This document shows positions 8,800-19,104 of a stretch of 64,000 bases of DNA, piece after piece. The first letter of the stretch is position 1, and each line of letters starts with the position of its first letter. The stretch is taken from contig JALHFY010000001.1 of NCBI GenBank assembly GCA_022837635.1, positions 454,512 to 518,511 on the forward strand, read 5' to 3'. This DNA is from Candidatus Shapirobacteria bacterium. Lineage in GTDB: Bacteria; Patescibacteriota; Microgenomatia; UBA12405. Under the pieces are notes generated by a model. That model was not told where the DNA came from. It did no database searches and saw nothing but the letters and a program-made list of their open reading frames with translations. The translations under genes and the position numbers were made by a program.

Positions 8800-10848
8800 T
8801 TAGAACTGTTGAATAATGGTTATTTTTTCCGGAGAGAGAGGTAAACGTTTCCAAATATTAAAGATAGAAGGGAGAATTTTAATCTCATAATTATAGACTT
8901 GGGGTTGATTTTCAATAATTTTACCGGCATCGCTAATTTTTTGTTTAGTTAAGCGTTGTCGGAGCGGATCTAGATTTAATTTAGGCAAACTTTTACCAGT
9001 AATAGTTAGCTTACCGGTGGATTTTTGAGAAGTATTTTGAGTCGGAGTAAAGGAGAAAGAAAAATCTTTAACTGAGGTAATGGAATTTAAGAAAGCCTGA
9101 TCGTCTTTAAGCAGAGTGTTGATAATTTCCTCATTTTTACTGGGATCAACTTGAAGTAGAGACAGAGTTAAGGTGGCATCAACTTGAAGTTGGTCAGCTT
9201 CTTCTCCGAGTTCCCGATTAAAATCTAACTGTTTTTTATCAATAAAGAGAGTGCCTGGGAGAATACCTTCGAGAGAGGCTTCGGCTTTGATTTTTTCATC
9301 AATACGCTCATCTAGGGAATCAGTCACTCGCTTATTAAGATTAGCCTTGTCAGTTTCAGAAACTACCCGAACCTGACGTTTACTACCACCGGTGATAGGT
9401 GAAGAAGTTTTGGCGTGAAGATTAGAATTTTCTTTGAATGAAAGACGGGCGTCTTGACTTAAGTCATAATCGGAGCCAATATCGGTAGCAATAATATCGG
9501 CTTTGGCCTGACCCATGGTGATGGTGCCAGTGCCAAAATCGATAGTACTAGGAGGAATTTGGGCTGAAGTTAAAAGTTCGTATTGTTTACCGGATTCATG
9601 AAGCAAAAGACTACCTTTGGGTACATTTTGAATTTTATCGCTTTGGTTTAAGACAGTAACTTGACCTTTAGATTTATCACCAGTTTCTTTTTGACCGGTA
9701 GTATCCAAAGAATCGCTAAAATTTAAATTAAGGGTTTTTTTATGAGCCGGAATAGTCTTGTTGCTAAGAGTGTCAGCGTTAGAATCTAGGGTGATATTAA
9801 CATCACGGTTAATTTCTACCGGATTAAAGTTCATAACCACTTCGGCTCGGGTGAGTAAATAAGGTAGGAGTAAAATCAGAGGAGTCAGAGCTAAAGGTAA
9901 CAAAAAAAGCGGATTAAAGGAAAGTTTGGGTAATTTTATGTTTTTAAGGGAAAATTTAGGGAGACTGATTTTGGGGCTGGCTGGAGCTTCCTCAGTTTGG
10001 GGAACAACAAAGCCCAGATCAGCAGGAGCGACTTCAGTTTCAGAGATAGTTAAATTGCTTTCTTCTTCAACAATAGATGTTGTTTCTTCAGGTAGATTTT
10101 CTTCAACTGTTGGTGGTGGTGAAGGAGTTTCATCTGATTGAGCACTGATACTGCGAGTGTAAAGAGCAAAAAGATTGGGAGTGGGATAGGCTTCAACGTC
10201 AGGCAAGTGGAGAAAGGTTTCAATATTTTTTTTACCTATCCATGGGTAATTTTTTAAGTCTTCGATAATAGCATCAGCTATATTGCCAAAAACTAAAATT
10301 CGGGGAGGTAAAGCAGAATCAGTTTGAATGGTCAAGAGAGTATTCTCTAAATCCTGGGGAGTAAAATCAGTAGTTAAAGTTTGGGTCAAACGTTTTTTAA
10401 CTTCACCTAAATAAACTAGAGAAACTGAATATTCCTTTTTACCTAAATGAAGGAGAATAAAAGAAGGCGGAAAGGAGTCTGTTTTACCTAATGCTTCAAT
10501 AAAAGCCTCGTCGTTGCTGATAAAACCCATAGGTTTGAGCTTGAGAGAACGACAGAGATTTTCTAAAAGTTTGAGATAATCTGCGGCAATTTTGCCATCA
10601 CTACCAATCCAAAGAGGAGGCAAAATAAAAGCGGTATCAGCAGGCTCTGCTTCGGGACTGAGGGTAGCTTTATCAGCGGCGGCAGACAAGGAAACGTCGA
10701 CGGAACGCAGAAAAGAATCGGGATCATCGGTGGACCATTCGGTTTCAGGACCAATAGCGATTGGTAAGGAAGTTTGACCTTTTTTAATTAAGGCGACAGA
10801 GAGGGATTCAGGAGTAATGGATACCAACCAATAATAGGACTCAGTCAT
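8800..10848 (-). CDS. Large hypothetical bitopic membrane protein: cytoplasmic N-terminal domain of about 330 aa (possibly actin/FtsA-PilM-like), one TM helix, extracellular C-terminal domain of about 330 aa. Immediately upstream of the sortase.
   Basis: 682 aa. TM LFLLPLALTPLILLLPYLL. No recognisable catalytic motifs. Its stop abuts the sortase start at 8799/8800. Confidence 0.5.
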   Translation of the reverse strand: MTESYYWLVSITPESLSVALIKKGQTSLPIAIGPETEWSTDDPDSFLRSVDVSLSAAADKATLSPEAEPADTAFILPPLWIGSDGKIAADYLKLLENLCRSLKLKPMGFISNDEAFIEALGKTDSFPPSFILLHLGKKEYSVSLVYLGEVKKRLTQTLTTDFTPQDLENTLLTIQTDSALPPRILVFGNIADAIIEDLKNYPWIGKKNIETFLHLPDVEAYPTPNLFALYTRSISAQSDETPSPPPTVEENLPEETTSIVEEESNLTISETEVAPADLGFVVPQTEEAPASPKISLPKFSLKNIKLPKLSFNPLFLLPLALTPLILLLPYLLTRAEVVMNFNPVEINRDVNITLDSNADTLSNKTIPAHKKTLNLNFSDSLDTTGQKETGDKSKGQVTVLNQSDKIQNVPKGSLLLHESGKQYELLTSAQIPPSTIDFGTGTITMGQAKADIIATDIGSDYDLSQDARLSFKENSNLHAKTSSPITGGSKRQVRVVSETDKANLNKRVTDSLDERIDEKIKAEASLEGILPGTLFIDKKQLDFNRELGEEADQLQVDATLTLSLLQVDPSKNEEIINTLLKDDQAFLNSITSVKDFSFSFTPTQNTSQKSTGKLTITGKSLPKLNLDPLRQRLTKQKISDAGKIIENQPQVYNYEIKILPSIFNIWKRLPLSPEKITIIQQF

Positions 10849-12626
10849 TAGTTAAGAATAGCATAAATCCGCCTCTTACCGGATCCAGCCGATTCTTCGC
10901 GAGTGATCTTGAAATTACCTAAAACACGGGTATTTTCAACATGAGGACCAGTACAAATTTCTTTAGAGTAAAAATTGTGAGGACTGCCGATAATATAAAC
11001 GGTAACCATCTCTGGATAACTGTGACCGGCGAGAAAAAGAGCACCTTGAGATTTGGCGTCATCAAAGGAAATAATTTGATGAGTCACTGGTAAGGCGGCC
11101 TTGATTTGATCATTGACTAAAGATTCAATTTGTTGAATTTGATCGGGAGTAATTTTATTAGGATGAGTAAAATCAAAACGAATTCTGTCAGCAGTAATAT
11201 TTGAACCAGCCTGGTGAACATGGTCACCTAAAACTCGACGAAGAGAAGCATGCATTAAATGAGCGGCAGTATGATATTTAATAATAACAGCGGAATGATC
11301 GGCCAAACCAGATTTGAAAGTTCCAGCGGAAAGAGTTTGAGATTGTTTTTGATGCTCAGCTTTAAGACGATTGAATTCATCTAAATCCAAAGAGAGATTG
11401 TGTTTTTGAAGTTCTTCTTGGATTAACTCTAAAGGGAAACCAAAAGATTGATAGAGATCAAAGGCGTCAGTCCCGGACAAACTTTTTTGACGATTGATAA
11501 GTTGAGTGATTTTATTTAGACCTTTGTCCAAAGTGCGACGGAATTTAATTTCCTCAGCTTCTAAAGCAGTCAAAATAGAAGATTGATGTTGGGATAATTC
11601 CGGATAATCACCGGCAAAATTAGAAGCATTATTGATAATGATTTGACCTAAATGAGCACAAAAATTTTGATTAATACTTAACATTTTCCCTTGACGAACA
11701 CTACAGCGAATGAGACGACGGAGAACATAGCCACGATCTTTGTTACTAACCTCAACTCCATCCGCTAAAAGAAAAACAGCAGCTCGGAGATGGTCGGCAA
11801 TAATTCTGAAAGGAATGGGATTATCGGAATATTTTTGAGAGCTGAGAGCTTCGATAGCTTTAATAATCGGCTGAAAAATAGGAGTCAAATAATTGTCAGA
11901 AAGACCTGAAAGAACAGCAGTAGTTCGTTCAACACCCATGCCGGTATCGACGTTGGGAGCAGTTAAGGGTAATAGTTTAGCCTCGGCGGTTTTATTAAAT
12001 TGCATGAAAACGTTATTCCAAATTTCGATGTAGCGACCAGATTGGCAACCAGTCTTAAAATCAATATCGGGCTGGCCAAATTGAGTATCAAAAAAGATTT
12101 CGGTATCAGGACCACAAGGACCGGTGGTACCGGCGGGACCCCACCAATTATCCTCGACTCCTAAGGGGTGAATGTGTTCGGGCGAAATCCCCTGCTCCAG
12201 CCAAAGTTTTCGGGATTCTTCATCTAGGGGAGTATTGGCATCACCGGCAAAAATAGTGACATGGAGATTTTTGGGATTAAGATTAAGTTTCTGAGTAAGA
12301 AATTCAAAAGACCAAGGAATAGATTCTTGTTTGAAATAATCACCTAAGGACCAATTACCAAGCATTTCAAAAAAAGTATGGTGAAAAGTGTCACCAACAC
12401 TATCAATGTCACCAGTACGAATGCATTTTTGAACATTAACCAAACGTTTACCAGCAGGATGGGGTTGTCCAAGAAGATAGGGAACCAGGGGGTGCATGCC
12501 GGCAGAAATAAAAAGAGTGGTGGGGTCATTTTCAGGAATTAAAGAAGCCGAAGGAATTTCGACGTGATTTTTACCGACAAAAAAAGTGATAAAAAGTTCT
12601 TTTAACTCCCGTGCATTCATAGGCAA
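10848..12626 (-). CDS. alaS: Alanine--tRNA ligase (short form: catalytic, tRNA-binding and editing domains; no C-Ala domain)
   Basis: FFVGKNHVEIPSASLIPENDPTTLFISAGM...FHHTFFEMLGNWSLGDYFK (class II AlaRS core). HTAAHLMHASLRRVLGDHVHQAGS (editing-domain HxxxH). 592 aa. Confidence 0.9.
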   Translation of the reverse strand: MPMNARELKELFITFFVGKNHVEIPSASLIPENDPTTLFISAGMHPLVPYLLGQPHPAGKRLVNVQKCIRTGDIDSVGDTFHHTFFEMLGNWSLGDYFKQESIPWSFEFLTQKLNLNPKNLHVTIFAGDANTPLDEESRKLWLEQGISPEHIHPLGVEDNWWGPAGTTGPCGPDTEIFFDTQFGQPDIDFKTGCQSGRYIEIWNNVFMQFNKTAEAKLLPLTAPNVDTGMGVERTTAVLSGLSDNYLTPIFQPIIKAIEALSSQKYSDNPIPFRIIADHLRAAVFLLADGVEVSNKDRGYVLRRLIRCSVRQGKMLSINQNFCAHLGQIIINNASNFAGDYPELSQHQSSILTALEAEEIKFRRTLDKGLNKITQLINRQKSLSGTDAFDLYQSFGFPLELIQEELQKHNLSLDLDEFNRLKAEHQKQSQTLSAGTFKSGLADHSAVIIKYHTAAHLMHASLRRVLGDHVHQAGSNITADRIRFDFTHPNKITPDQIQQIESLVNDQIKAALPVTHQIISFDDAKSQGALFLAGHSYPEMVTVYIIGSPHNFYSKEICTGPHVENTRVLGNFKITREESAGSGKRRIYAILN

Positions 12627-12635
12627 ATTATAGCA

Positions 12636-12857
12636 TCAGGCCAAGGTCTTTTTGGTATTCTTAAACATTTTTTTGGGGGATTTCTGGCGAGGAGGAGTAG
12701 GTTTAGCAATCAGGCGGCGGGGAATTTTGACTTCTTTTTTAAGTGAACGAGTTTTTTCTTTTTTTGAAGATAAAAGTAGAGTGGTGGTGGTAGCGCCCAA
12801 AATTAAACCTAAAACTAAACCTAAAGAAAAGTGTGAGTTAGACCGACAGTTGGTCAT
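12636..12857 (-). CDS. Small basic hypothetical protein (possibly not a real gene)
   Basis: 73-aa ORF, Lys/Arg-rich, one hydrophobic segment. No homology recognised. Confidence 0.2.
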   Translation of the reverse strand: MTNCRSNSHFSLGLVLGLILGATTTTLLLSSKKEKTRSLKKEVKIPRRLIAKPTPPRQKSPKKMFKNTKKTLA

Positions 12858-12859
12858 AC

Positions 12860-13081
12860 TTATTGCTTGAATTTCTTAAAAAAAGAAAAACCATTACGAA
12901 AACCCATGAGAAAATCAACAAAGGAATTAACAGGGCGGGAGATATTATCAACAACACCTTCAGTTTTGCTAACTAAATTTTGAAGTTGTTTAATCAACAT
13001 GATCAGAAAAAAAGCAATGACCATGATGGTAATGGTAATAAAGACTAGACAGATAGCAATGATGATTTGAGCAATTTCCAT
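12860..13081 (-). CDS. Small membrane protein (DUF948-like: single TM plus amphipathic helix)
   Basis: MEIAQIIIAICLVFITITIMVIAFFLIMLIKQLQNLVSKTEG... Confidence 0.4.
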   Translation of the reverse strand: MEIAQIIIAICLVFITITIMVIAFFLIMLIKQLQNLVSKTEGVVDNISRPVNSFVDFLMGFRNGFSFFKKFKQ

Positions 13082-13094
13082 AATTTAGTATAAC

Positions 13095-13691
13095 CTATTT
13101 GTAAATTTTTTCCTCCTGGGTGACAACTCCAGCTGGAGACTTGGCTTCCACAAAAATCTTGGCCTCAGTGGTGGCTACTTCAACAGTTTTTTTGAAATTG
13201 CCTTGATTGTCGACAATAACTAAAGAATCATTAATTTTAATGGTAGCTTCGGGGTCAGTGGTACCAGAAATATCAACATAACGACCAGTAAGAGTGTCAG
13301 GCCAAGTCACTTTTAATTGAGGAGGACGGTTGAATTTAAGATATTCAAAAAGCAGGTAAAGAGAAAAAAGAATGACCAGTATAATGATAAAAATTTTTAA
13401 GGCTAATTGAGGTGTTAGGGCCAACCAAACACGACGAGGACGAAGATTTTGAGTCCGACGATCATGATCCCGACGAAAAAGAGCCAAGAGATCTTCGCCA
13501 TTTAGGCCTAAAAAATCAGCATAATCCTTGACCATTAGAGAGCAGTAGGGTTCTGAGGGAAATTGAGAAATATCTTCATTTTCAAAAGCAATGAGGTAAT
13601 GCAAAGGAATACGGGTGCGTTTACTGATTTCTTCAAAATTAAGCTGTCGATCAAGACGGGTAGATTCTAAAATAGCAGAGGCACGTTTCAT
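13095..13691 (-). CDS. RodZ-like protein: N-terminal XRE-type helix-turn-helix, one TM, C-terminal beta domain
   Basis: LNFEEISKRTRIPLHYLIAFENEDISQFP (HTH). TM LKIFIIILVILFSLYLLF. C-terminal region of about 80 aa. Confidence 0.55.
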   Translation of the reverse strand: MKRASAILESTRLDRQLNFEEISKRTRIPLHYLIAFENEDISQFPSEPYCSLMVKDYADFLGLNGEDLLALFRRDHDRRTQNLRPRRVWLALTPQLALKIFIIILVILFSLYLLFEYLKFNRPPQLKVTWPDTLTGRYVDISGTTDPEATIKINDSLVIVDNQGNFKKTVEVATTEAKIFVEAKSPAGVVTQEEKIYK

Positions 13692-13693
13692 GG

Positions 13694-15859
13694 TTACTCA
13701 AAATCAGAATCACTCGGATTCCGGTGCTCAATAAGGATTTCCCGAGGTTTGGCACCATTGACCGGACCAATAATACCAGCTCTTTCTAGCTGGTCCAGAA
13801 CGCGGGCAGCTCGGGCATAACCCAACTTAAGACGGCGCTGTAATAATGAGGCAGAAGCCTTACCGGTGTCTTGAATTAATTTAATGGCATCGTCAAACAT
13901 GGCATCTCGTTCTTCACCATCTTCAATCATAATATTCTTACTGGCAGAGCTAGGACTGGCTACTGGTTGGCGGATAATTTCATCGTTATATTCCCCGCTT
14001 CGTTGAGTTTTTAGGAATTCAATCAAGCGAACAACTTCTTTGTCGGAAACAAAACAACCTTGGATACGGATTGGTTTGGCTAAATCAGGAGGGATGTAAA
14101 GCATATCACCTCGACCTAAGAGTTTTTCAGCACCAGGAGTATCTAAAATGACCCGGGAATCAGTCATAGAAGCTACCGCAAAAGCAATTCGGGTAGGGAT
14201 ATTAGCCTTGATTAAACCGGTAATAATGTTAACCGAAGGACGCTGGGTGGCCAAAACTAAATGAATACCGACGGCTCGAGCCATTTGAGCGATACGACAA
14301 ACATTGTCTTCAACCTCAGCCGGAGAGAAGAGCATAATTTCCGCCAATTCATCAATGACAATGAGAATGTAGGGCATTGACTGGAAACCGGACATGTTAT
14401 TGTAAGATTCGATATTTTTGGCACCAACTTCAGTAAAAACTTTATAGCGGCGCTCCATTTCACCAACAGCCCATTTAAGAGCAGAAACAACTTTTTCAGG
14501 TTCAACAATAACTGGAGTCAGGAGATGAGGAATACCATTGTATTGTGACAGCTCAACACGTTTGGGATCGACCATAATAAAACGGACTTCGTCGGGTGAA
14601 GCGTGAAAAAGAATGGAAGAAATCCAAGAATTAATACAAATTGATTTTCCAGAACCAGTCTGACCGGCAATGAGAACGTGAGGCATTTTGGCGATATCGG
14701 CGACTCTAGGCAGACCACCGACATCTAAACCTAAAGGTACAGAAATTTTACTCTTGGCATTTTTCATAGCTTCGGATTCCAACATGGTGCGAATAGGCAC
14801 AACTTCCAGGGATTTGTTGGGCATTTCGATACCGACCAAAGAACGACCTGGAATGGGTGCCTCAACCCTAATTTGACCACCGGGAGCAGCCAAAGCCATA
14901 GCTAAGTCGTTGCTGAGAGAAAGTATTTTGGCCAGTTTGGTACCCAAAGCAACTTCAAGGGCGTATTGAGTGACTGAAGGACTGTTGTTAACCTCGGCTA
15001 CTCGGGCAGTGATACCAAAAGAATCAAGTGTTTTCTCGATAATCTGGGCATTTTTACGTACGTCTCCCCTATCGGCTTTAGCACCAGGAGTATCATCAAA
15101 AATAGAAATCGGTGGATTGACCCAAGTTTGATGAGTAGAAGAGTTGAGGGTACCGACATCCGGCTTTAACACTGGGGTAACACCAGCCACCCCCATATCA
15201 GCTTTGGTAGTAGATTTAATTTCCTCAGTTTTGTCCTTACGACCAAAAAGACCAATTAAGGGACTAGTAGCTTTGGCGGGAGCAGGTTCCGGTGAAGTGT
15301 CAGTTTGAAAAATAGTTTCTTTACTGGAATCCAAAGATTTTTTACTTCTGACTTTTTTACTATCACCGACAGTGTATTTTTTGATAGTTTGAAAAACTTT
15401 GCCCAAACTTTTGAAAATTTGGGCAATGTTGGTATCAAAAAGCACCACAAAACCAACAATCAGACAGAAAAAGAAGATAATCACAGCCATAGTTTCAGGT
15501 AAAACTCCAGTAGCTTGTTCCCAGAGGAAAAGACCGATTTGACCTTGTTTGAAGAGAGCTAAAAAAGAAATAAAGAGAATCAGAAAACCAAAAAAAACAT
15601 TGGCTTCACGAAGAGGAGTTTTAAGTTTGGTAAATAGAAAAGAAATTAAAAGTAAGAGGAAGGGAACCAAAACGGCACCTAGGCCAAAATATCTCTCCAA
15701 AAAAATATTGATATCAGTACCAATCGGTCCCTGGCGGAGAAAAGAAAATACCCCTAAAATAGCCAAAATAATAAAGAAAATGAAAAAAATCGACTTAACT
15801 GTATCCGGTTTAAGCTTTAAGCGGGGTAAAATTTTATTTTTTTTGCGACCTCGGGGCAT
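13694..15859 (-). CDS. ftsK: DNA translocase FtsK/SpoIIIE
   Basis: 4 N-terminal TM helices. Walker A IAGQTGSGKS. C-terminal winged-helix gamma domain LLQRRLKLGYARAARVLDQLERAGIIGP. Confidence 0.9.
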   Translation of the reverse strand: MPRGRKKNKILPRLKLKPDTVKSIFFIFFIILAILGVFSFLRQGPIGTDINIFLERYFGLGAVLVPFLLLLISFLFTKLKTPLREANVFFGFLILFISFLALFKQGQIGLFLWEQATGVLPETMAVIIFFFCLIVGFVVLFDTNIAQIFKSLGKVFQTIKKYTVGDSKKVRSKKSLDSSKETIFQTDTSPEPAPAKATSPLIGLFGRKDKTEEIKSTTKADMGVAGVTPVLKPDVGTLNSSTHQTWVNPPISIFDDTPGAKADRGDVRKNAQIIEKTLDSFGITARVAEVNNSPSVTQYALEVALGTKLAKILSLSNDLAMALAAPGGQIRVEAPIPGRSLVGIEMPNKSLEVVPIRTMLESEAMKNAKSKISVPLGLDVGGLPRVADIAKMPHVLIAGQTGSGKSICINSWISSILFHASPDEVRFIMVDPKRVELSQYNGIPHLLTPVIVEPEKVVSALKWAVGEMERRYKVFTEVGAKNIESYNNMSGFQSMPYILIVIDELAEIMLFSPAEVEDNVCRIAQMARAVGIHLVLATQRPSVNIITGLIKANIPTRIAFAVASMTDSRVILDTPGAEKLLGRGDMLYIPPDLAKPIRIQGCFVSDKEVVRLIEFLKTQRSGEYNDEIIRQPVASPSSASKNIMIEDGEERDAMFDDAIKLIQDTGKASASLLQRRLKLGYARAARVLDQLERAGIIGPVNGAKPREILIEHRNPSDSDFE

Positions 15860-15911
15860 ATGGTTATAATAGAGTGTATCACCTTTAATAGCTAGTAATA
15901 ATCAAAAGGAT

Positions 15912-17330
15912 TTAATAAGAAAGAGCAAAAAGCCAACGATATTTAGCAGGTTGGCCACAATGAACACATCGACCTTTTTCTTCTTTACTATTCAGTGGTA
16001 AACAGCGAGTTGTAGCCTTAGTATCGGCTTTGATTTGAGCTTCGCAATCAGGATTTTCACACCAAAAGGAACTGATAAAACCTCTATTTTCACTCATAAT
16101 TTTTTTAAATTCGTCATAAGTATTAGCGGTATAAGTATGTTTTTGAGTAAATTTTTTATGAGCATCAAAAAGTTTTATTTGAATATCTTTAAGTTGGTTT
16201 TTAATTTCCGATTCTAAATTGTCAAAAGTAACGGTTATTTTTTGATTATTATCGCGACGAGTAAGGATGACAGAATTATTATCAAGATCCCGATCACCTA
16301 TTTCCAGTCTTAGAGGAACTCCTTTTAATTCCCATTTATTAAACTTAAATCCAGCAGTTTCTCCTTCTCGATTATCAATTTCAACCCGATAAGTTTTTTT
16401 AAGTTGCTGATAAATTTCTTTCGCCTTAATTAAAGATTTTTCGTATCCTGGTATAGGAACAATAATCAATTGTATCGGAGCAATGGCTGGAGGTAATTTA
16501 AGACCATTGTCATCACCATGAGCCATAATTAAACCGCCAATAGCTCGGGTAGAAAGGCCCCAGGAATTTTGCCAGGGATAAATTTTATTTTTATTTTGGT
16601 CTTGAACAGTCCAATCAAAGGAATGAGAAAAATTTTGACCTAAATCATGGGATGTGGCAGCTTGGAGAGCCTTACCATTGGGCATGAGACACTCAAAGGT
16701 GTAACTATCTTTAGCACCAGGAAACTTTTCAGATTGGCTCTTTTTACCTTTAATACCATACATTCCTAAAAGTTGATTATATGTTTTTTCATAAGCATTA
16801 AGAGCCCAGAGGGTAGTTTCTAAAGACTCTTCATGAGTTAAATGAGCACAATGTCCCTCTTGCCATAAAAATTCTGAAGTTCTTAAAAAGAGATAGGTTC
16901 TTTTTTCCCAGCGAACAACATTGCACCATTGATTGATTAATATAGGTAAATCACGCCATGAGCTAGTCCATTTTTTATACATGTCATACATTACTGTTTC
17001 GGAGGTAGGGCGAACAGCTAACTTTTCAGTTAATTCTTCACCTCCACCAATAGTAACGACAGCAAGTTGTGGTGAAAAACCCTCAACATGTTCTTTTTCT
17101 TTTTGTAAATAATGCATGGGGATAAAAATCGGAAAATAGGCATTTTTAACTCCATGATCTTTGATTAGCTTATCTAAAAAATTCTGAATACCCTCCCAGA
17201 GAGCATAACCATAAGGACGAATAACCATACAACCTTTGACTGGGGCATAATCGGCTAATTCAGCTTTTAAGATAATATCAGTGAACCAATCAGAGAGTTT
17301 GGAAAAATTTTTTAATTGAGATTTAGCCAT
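15912..17330 (-). CDS. proS: Proline--tRNA ligase, archaeal/eukaryotic-type class II (with C-terminal zinc-binding domain)
   Basis: WFTDIILKAELADYAPVKGCMVIRPYGYALWE...FPIFIP. C-terminal ...CENPDCE...CVHCGQPAKYRWLFALSY. Confidence 0.9.
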   Translation of the reverse strand: MAKSQLKNFSKLSDWFTDIILKAELADYAPVKGCMVIRPYGYALWEGIQNFLDKLIKDHGVKNAYFPIFIPMHYLQKEKEHVEGFSPQLAVVTIGGGEELTEKLAVRPTSETVMYDMYKKWTSSWRDLPILINQWCNVVRWEKRTYLFLRTSEFLWQEGHCAHLTHEESLETTLWALNAYEKTYNQLLGMYGIKGKKSQSEKFPGAKDSYTFECLMPNGKALQAATSHDLGQNFSHSFDWTVQDQNKNKIYPWQNSWGLSTRAIGGLIMAHGDDNGLKLPPAIAPIQLIIVPIPGYEKSLIKAKEIYQQLKKTYRVEIDNREGETAGFKFNKWELKGVPLRLEIGDRDLDNNSVILTRRDNNQKITVTFDNLESEIKNQLKDIQIKLFDAHKKFTQKHTYTANTYDEFKKIMSENRGFISSFWCENPDCEAQIKADTKATTRCLPLNSKEEKGRCVHCGQPAKYRWLFALSY

Positions 17331-17356
17331 GGCTTATTTTAGCAGTAAAGTCAGTC

Positions 17357-19081
17357 TTATACCTCAATAATCAAGGGGAGGACCATGGGTTCGCGGCCGG
17401 TTTTTTCTTTAATGATGGTTTCAATATGGGCCTGAAGCTCGGTACGGATATAATCAAAATTGGCCGGAGCACTGGTTAAAACTTTGAATTTTTCCAGGAT
17501 TTCTTTTTTGAGGTAATTGATTAAATCGGTATTTTCCTTCATAAAAACAAAACCGCGAGAAAGAATGACGGGTTCTTTGAAAAGTGTTCCTTGAGCCTTA
17601 TTAACCATTAAAACAAAACTGAACATGCCGTCTTCGGCTAAAACTTTACGATCTCGAAGCACGGTAGCACCAACATCACCAACACCGAGACCATCAATTA
17701 AAACTTTATGGATAGGAATATGAAAGTTAGTGTCAACTTTTCCATTAGCGTAAAAAGTGACGGCAGAATCAAAATCAGGGGTAATAAACTGCTCTTCTTT
17801 GAAACCGACCATCTTGGCCATAGAGAAATAACTTTTGATATGACGATAATTTCCACCAATAGGCAAGAGATATTGAGGAGTGAGTAAATTCATTAAGAGA
17901 GCATGTTCTTTTTGATAACCATGTCCGGAAACATGAAGTTCTTCCTTGCCACCATAAGCGACATCGGCACCCATTTTGGAAAGAGTATCAATCATGTCAT
18001 TGATATTATTGGTAGTCCCGGGAATATAGTCAGGTGAAGAAAAGATGACTTTATCGCCAGATTTAATCTTAACTTTGTGTTTACCCATGACCATTTTACT
18101 TAAAGCTGAATCGGGTTGACCAGCAAAACCAGCCACTAGAAAGAGAAGTTTATTGTCAGGAAAATTTTTGGCTCTTTCAGGAGTAATAATGTCGTTGTCA
18201 GTTAATTGAATATAACCCAAGTCTTTGGCAATATTAATAGCTTTGTCGACGGAATAACCGACAATACAAATTTTACGACCGATAGATTTTCCATACTCAA
18301 TAGCTTGAGCCCAGCGAATAATGTTGCTGCTAATGGAAGTCACAAAAACTCGACCTTTGGCTTCGATAATTTGATGCTTAAAATTTTCGGCAATGTCACG
18401 CTCAGAGGGTGAATAACCTTCATGATCAGCACCAAGTGAATCAGACATGAGAGCAACGACTTTACGATTGCCAACATTGGCAATTTTTTTAAATTCCGTA
18501 CCTTTACCATCAAGAGGAAAAACGTCGAATTTGAAATCAGAACCATGATAAAAGGTACCCAAAGAAGTGTTGATAGCGAAATGAAAGGTATCAGGAATGG
18601 AATGAGTCACTCGGATAGGTTCAACAGTAAAAGGACCGGGGTGAAAAATATCACCAGGTTGGTAAACATGAACTGAAGCACGAACATTGTTTTCCGCCAA
18701 TCGGGATTCGATAAAAGCCGCGGCTAGTTTGGGAGCATAAACCGGAATTTGATTGCCAAGAATAGGTAAAGCATAACGGACAGCACCAATATGGTCCTCG
18801 TGACCGTGAGTGATAAAAATACCTAAAATTCGGTCTTTTTTATCAAGCAGATAACTGGTGTCAGGAATCTGGAGATCGACACCAAAGGCATCTTCTTCGG
18901 GAAAACCAACACCACAATCAACGATAATAATTTGGGACTTGGAAAAATCCCCTTTGGGAGCAAACTCATAAACAAACATGTTTTGAGTAACATCACCAAA
19001 AGAACCCAGTGAAGCAATGCGCAAGGCATCTTGACCGGGAGTAGATTTAAAATTTTTTTGAGTTTTATAAGTAGAATTCAT
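17357..19081 (-). CDS. rnj: Ribonuclease J (metallo-beta-lactamase / beta-CASP RNase)
   Basis: GIFITHGHEDHIGAVRYALP (HxHxDH motif) plus beta-CASP region. 574 aa. Confidence 0.9.
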   Translation of the reverse strand: MNSTYKTQKNFKSTPGQDALRIASLGSFGDVTQNMFVYEFAPKGDFSKSQIIIVDCGVGFPEEDAFGVDLQIPDTSYLLDKKDRILGIFITHGHEDHIGAVRYALPILGNQIPVYAPKLAAAFIESRLAENNVRASVHVYQPGDIFHPGPFTVEPIRVTHSIPDTFHFAINTSLGTFYHGSDFKFDVFPLDGKGTEFKKIANVGNRKVVALMSDSLGADHEGYSPSERDIAENFKHQIIEAKGRVFVTSISSNIIRWAQAIEYGKSIGRKICIVGYSVDKAINIAKDLGYIQLTDNDIITPERAKNFPDNKLLFLVAGFAGQPDSALSKMVMGKHKVKIKSGDKVIFSSPDYIPGTTNNINDMIDTLSKMGADVAYGGKEELHVSGHGYQKEHALLMNLLTPQYLLPIGGNYRHIKSYFSMAKMVGFKEEQFITPDFDSAVTFYANGKVDTNFHIPIHKVLIDGLGVGDVGATVLRDRKVLAEDGMFSFVLMVNKAQGTLFKEPVILSRGFVFMKENTDLINYLKKEILEKFKVLTSAPANFDYIRTELQAHIETIIKEKTGREPMVLPLIIEV

Positions 19082-19104
19082 AATTTTATTGTAATTGATT
19101 TAAT

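Noticed and set aside
12636-12857. 73-aa basic ORF as a real gene
   Set aside because: No homology and unusual composition. Overlaps a plus-strand ORF of similar size. Retained only at very low confidence.
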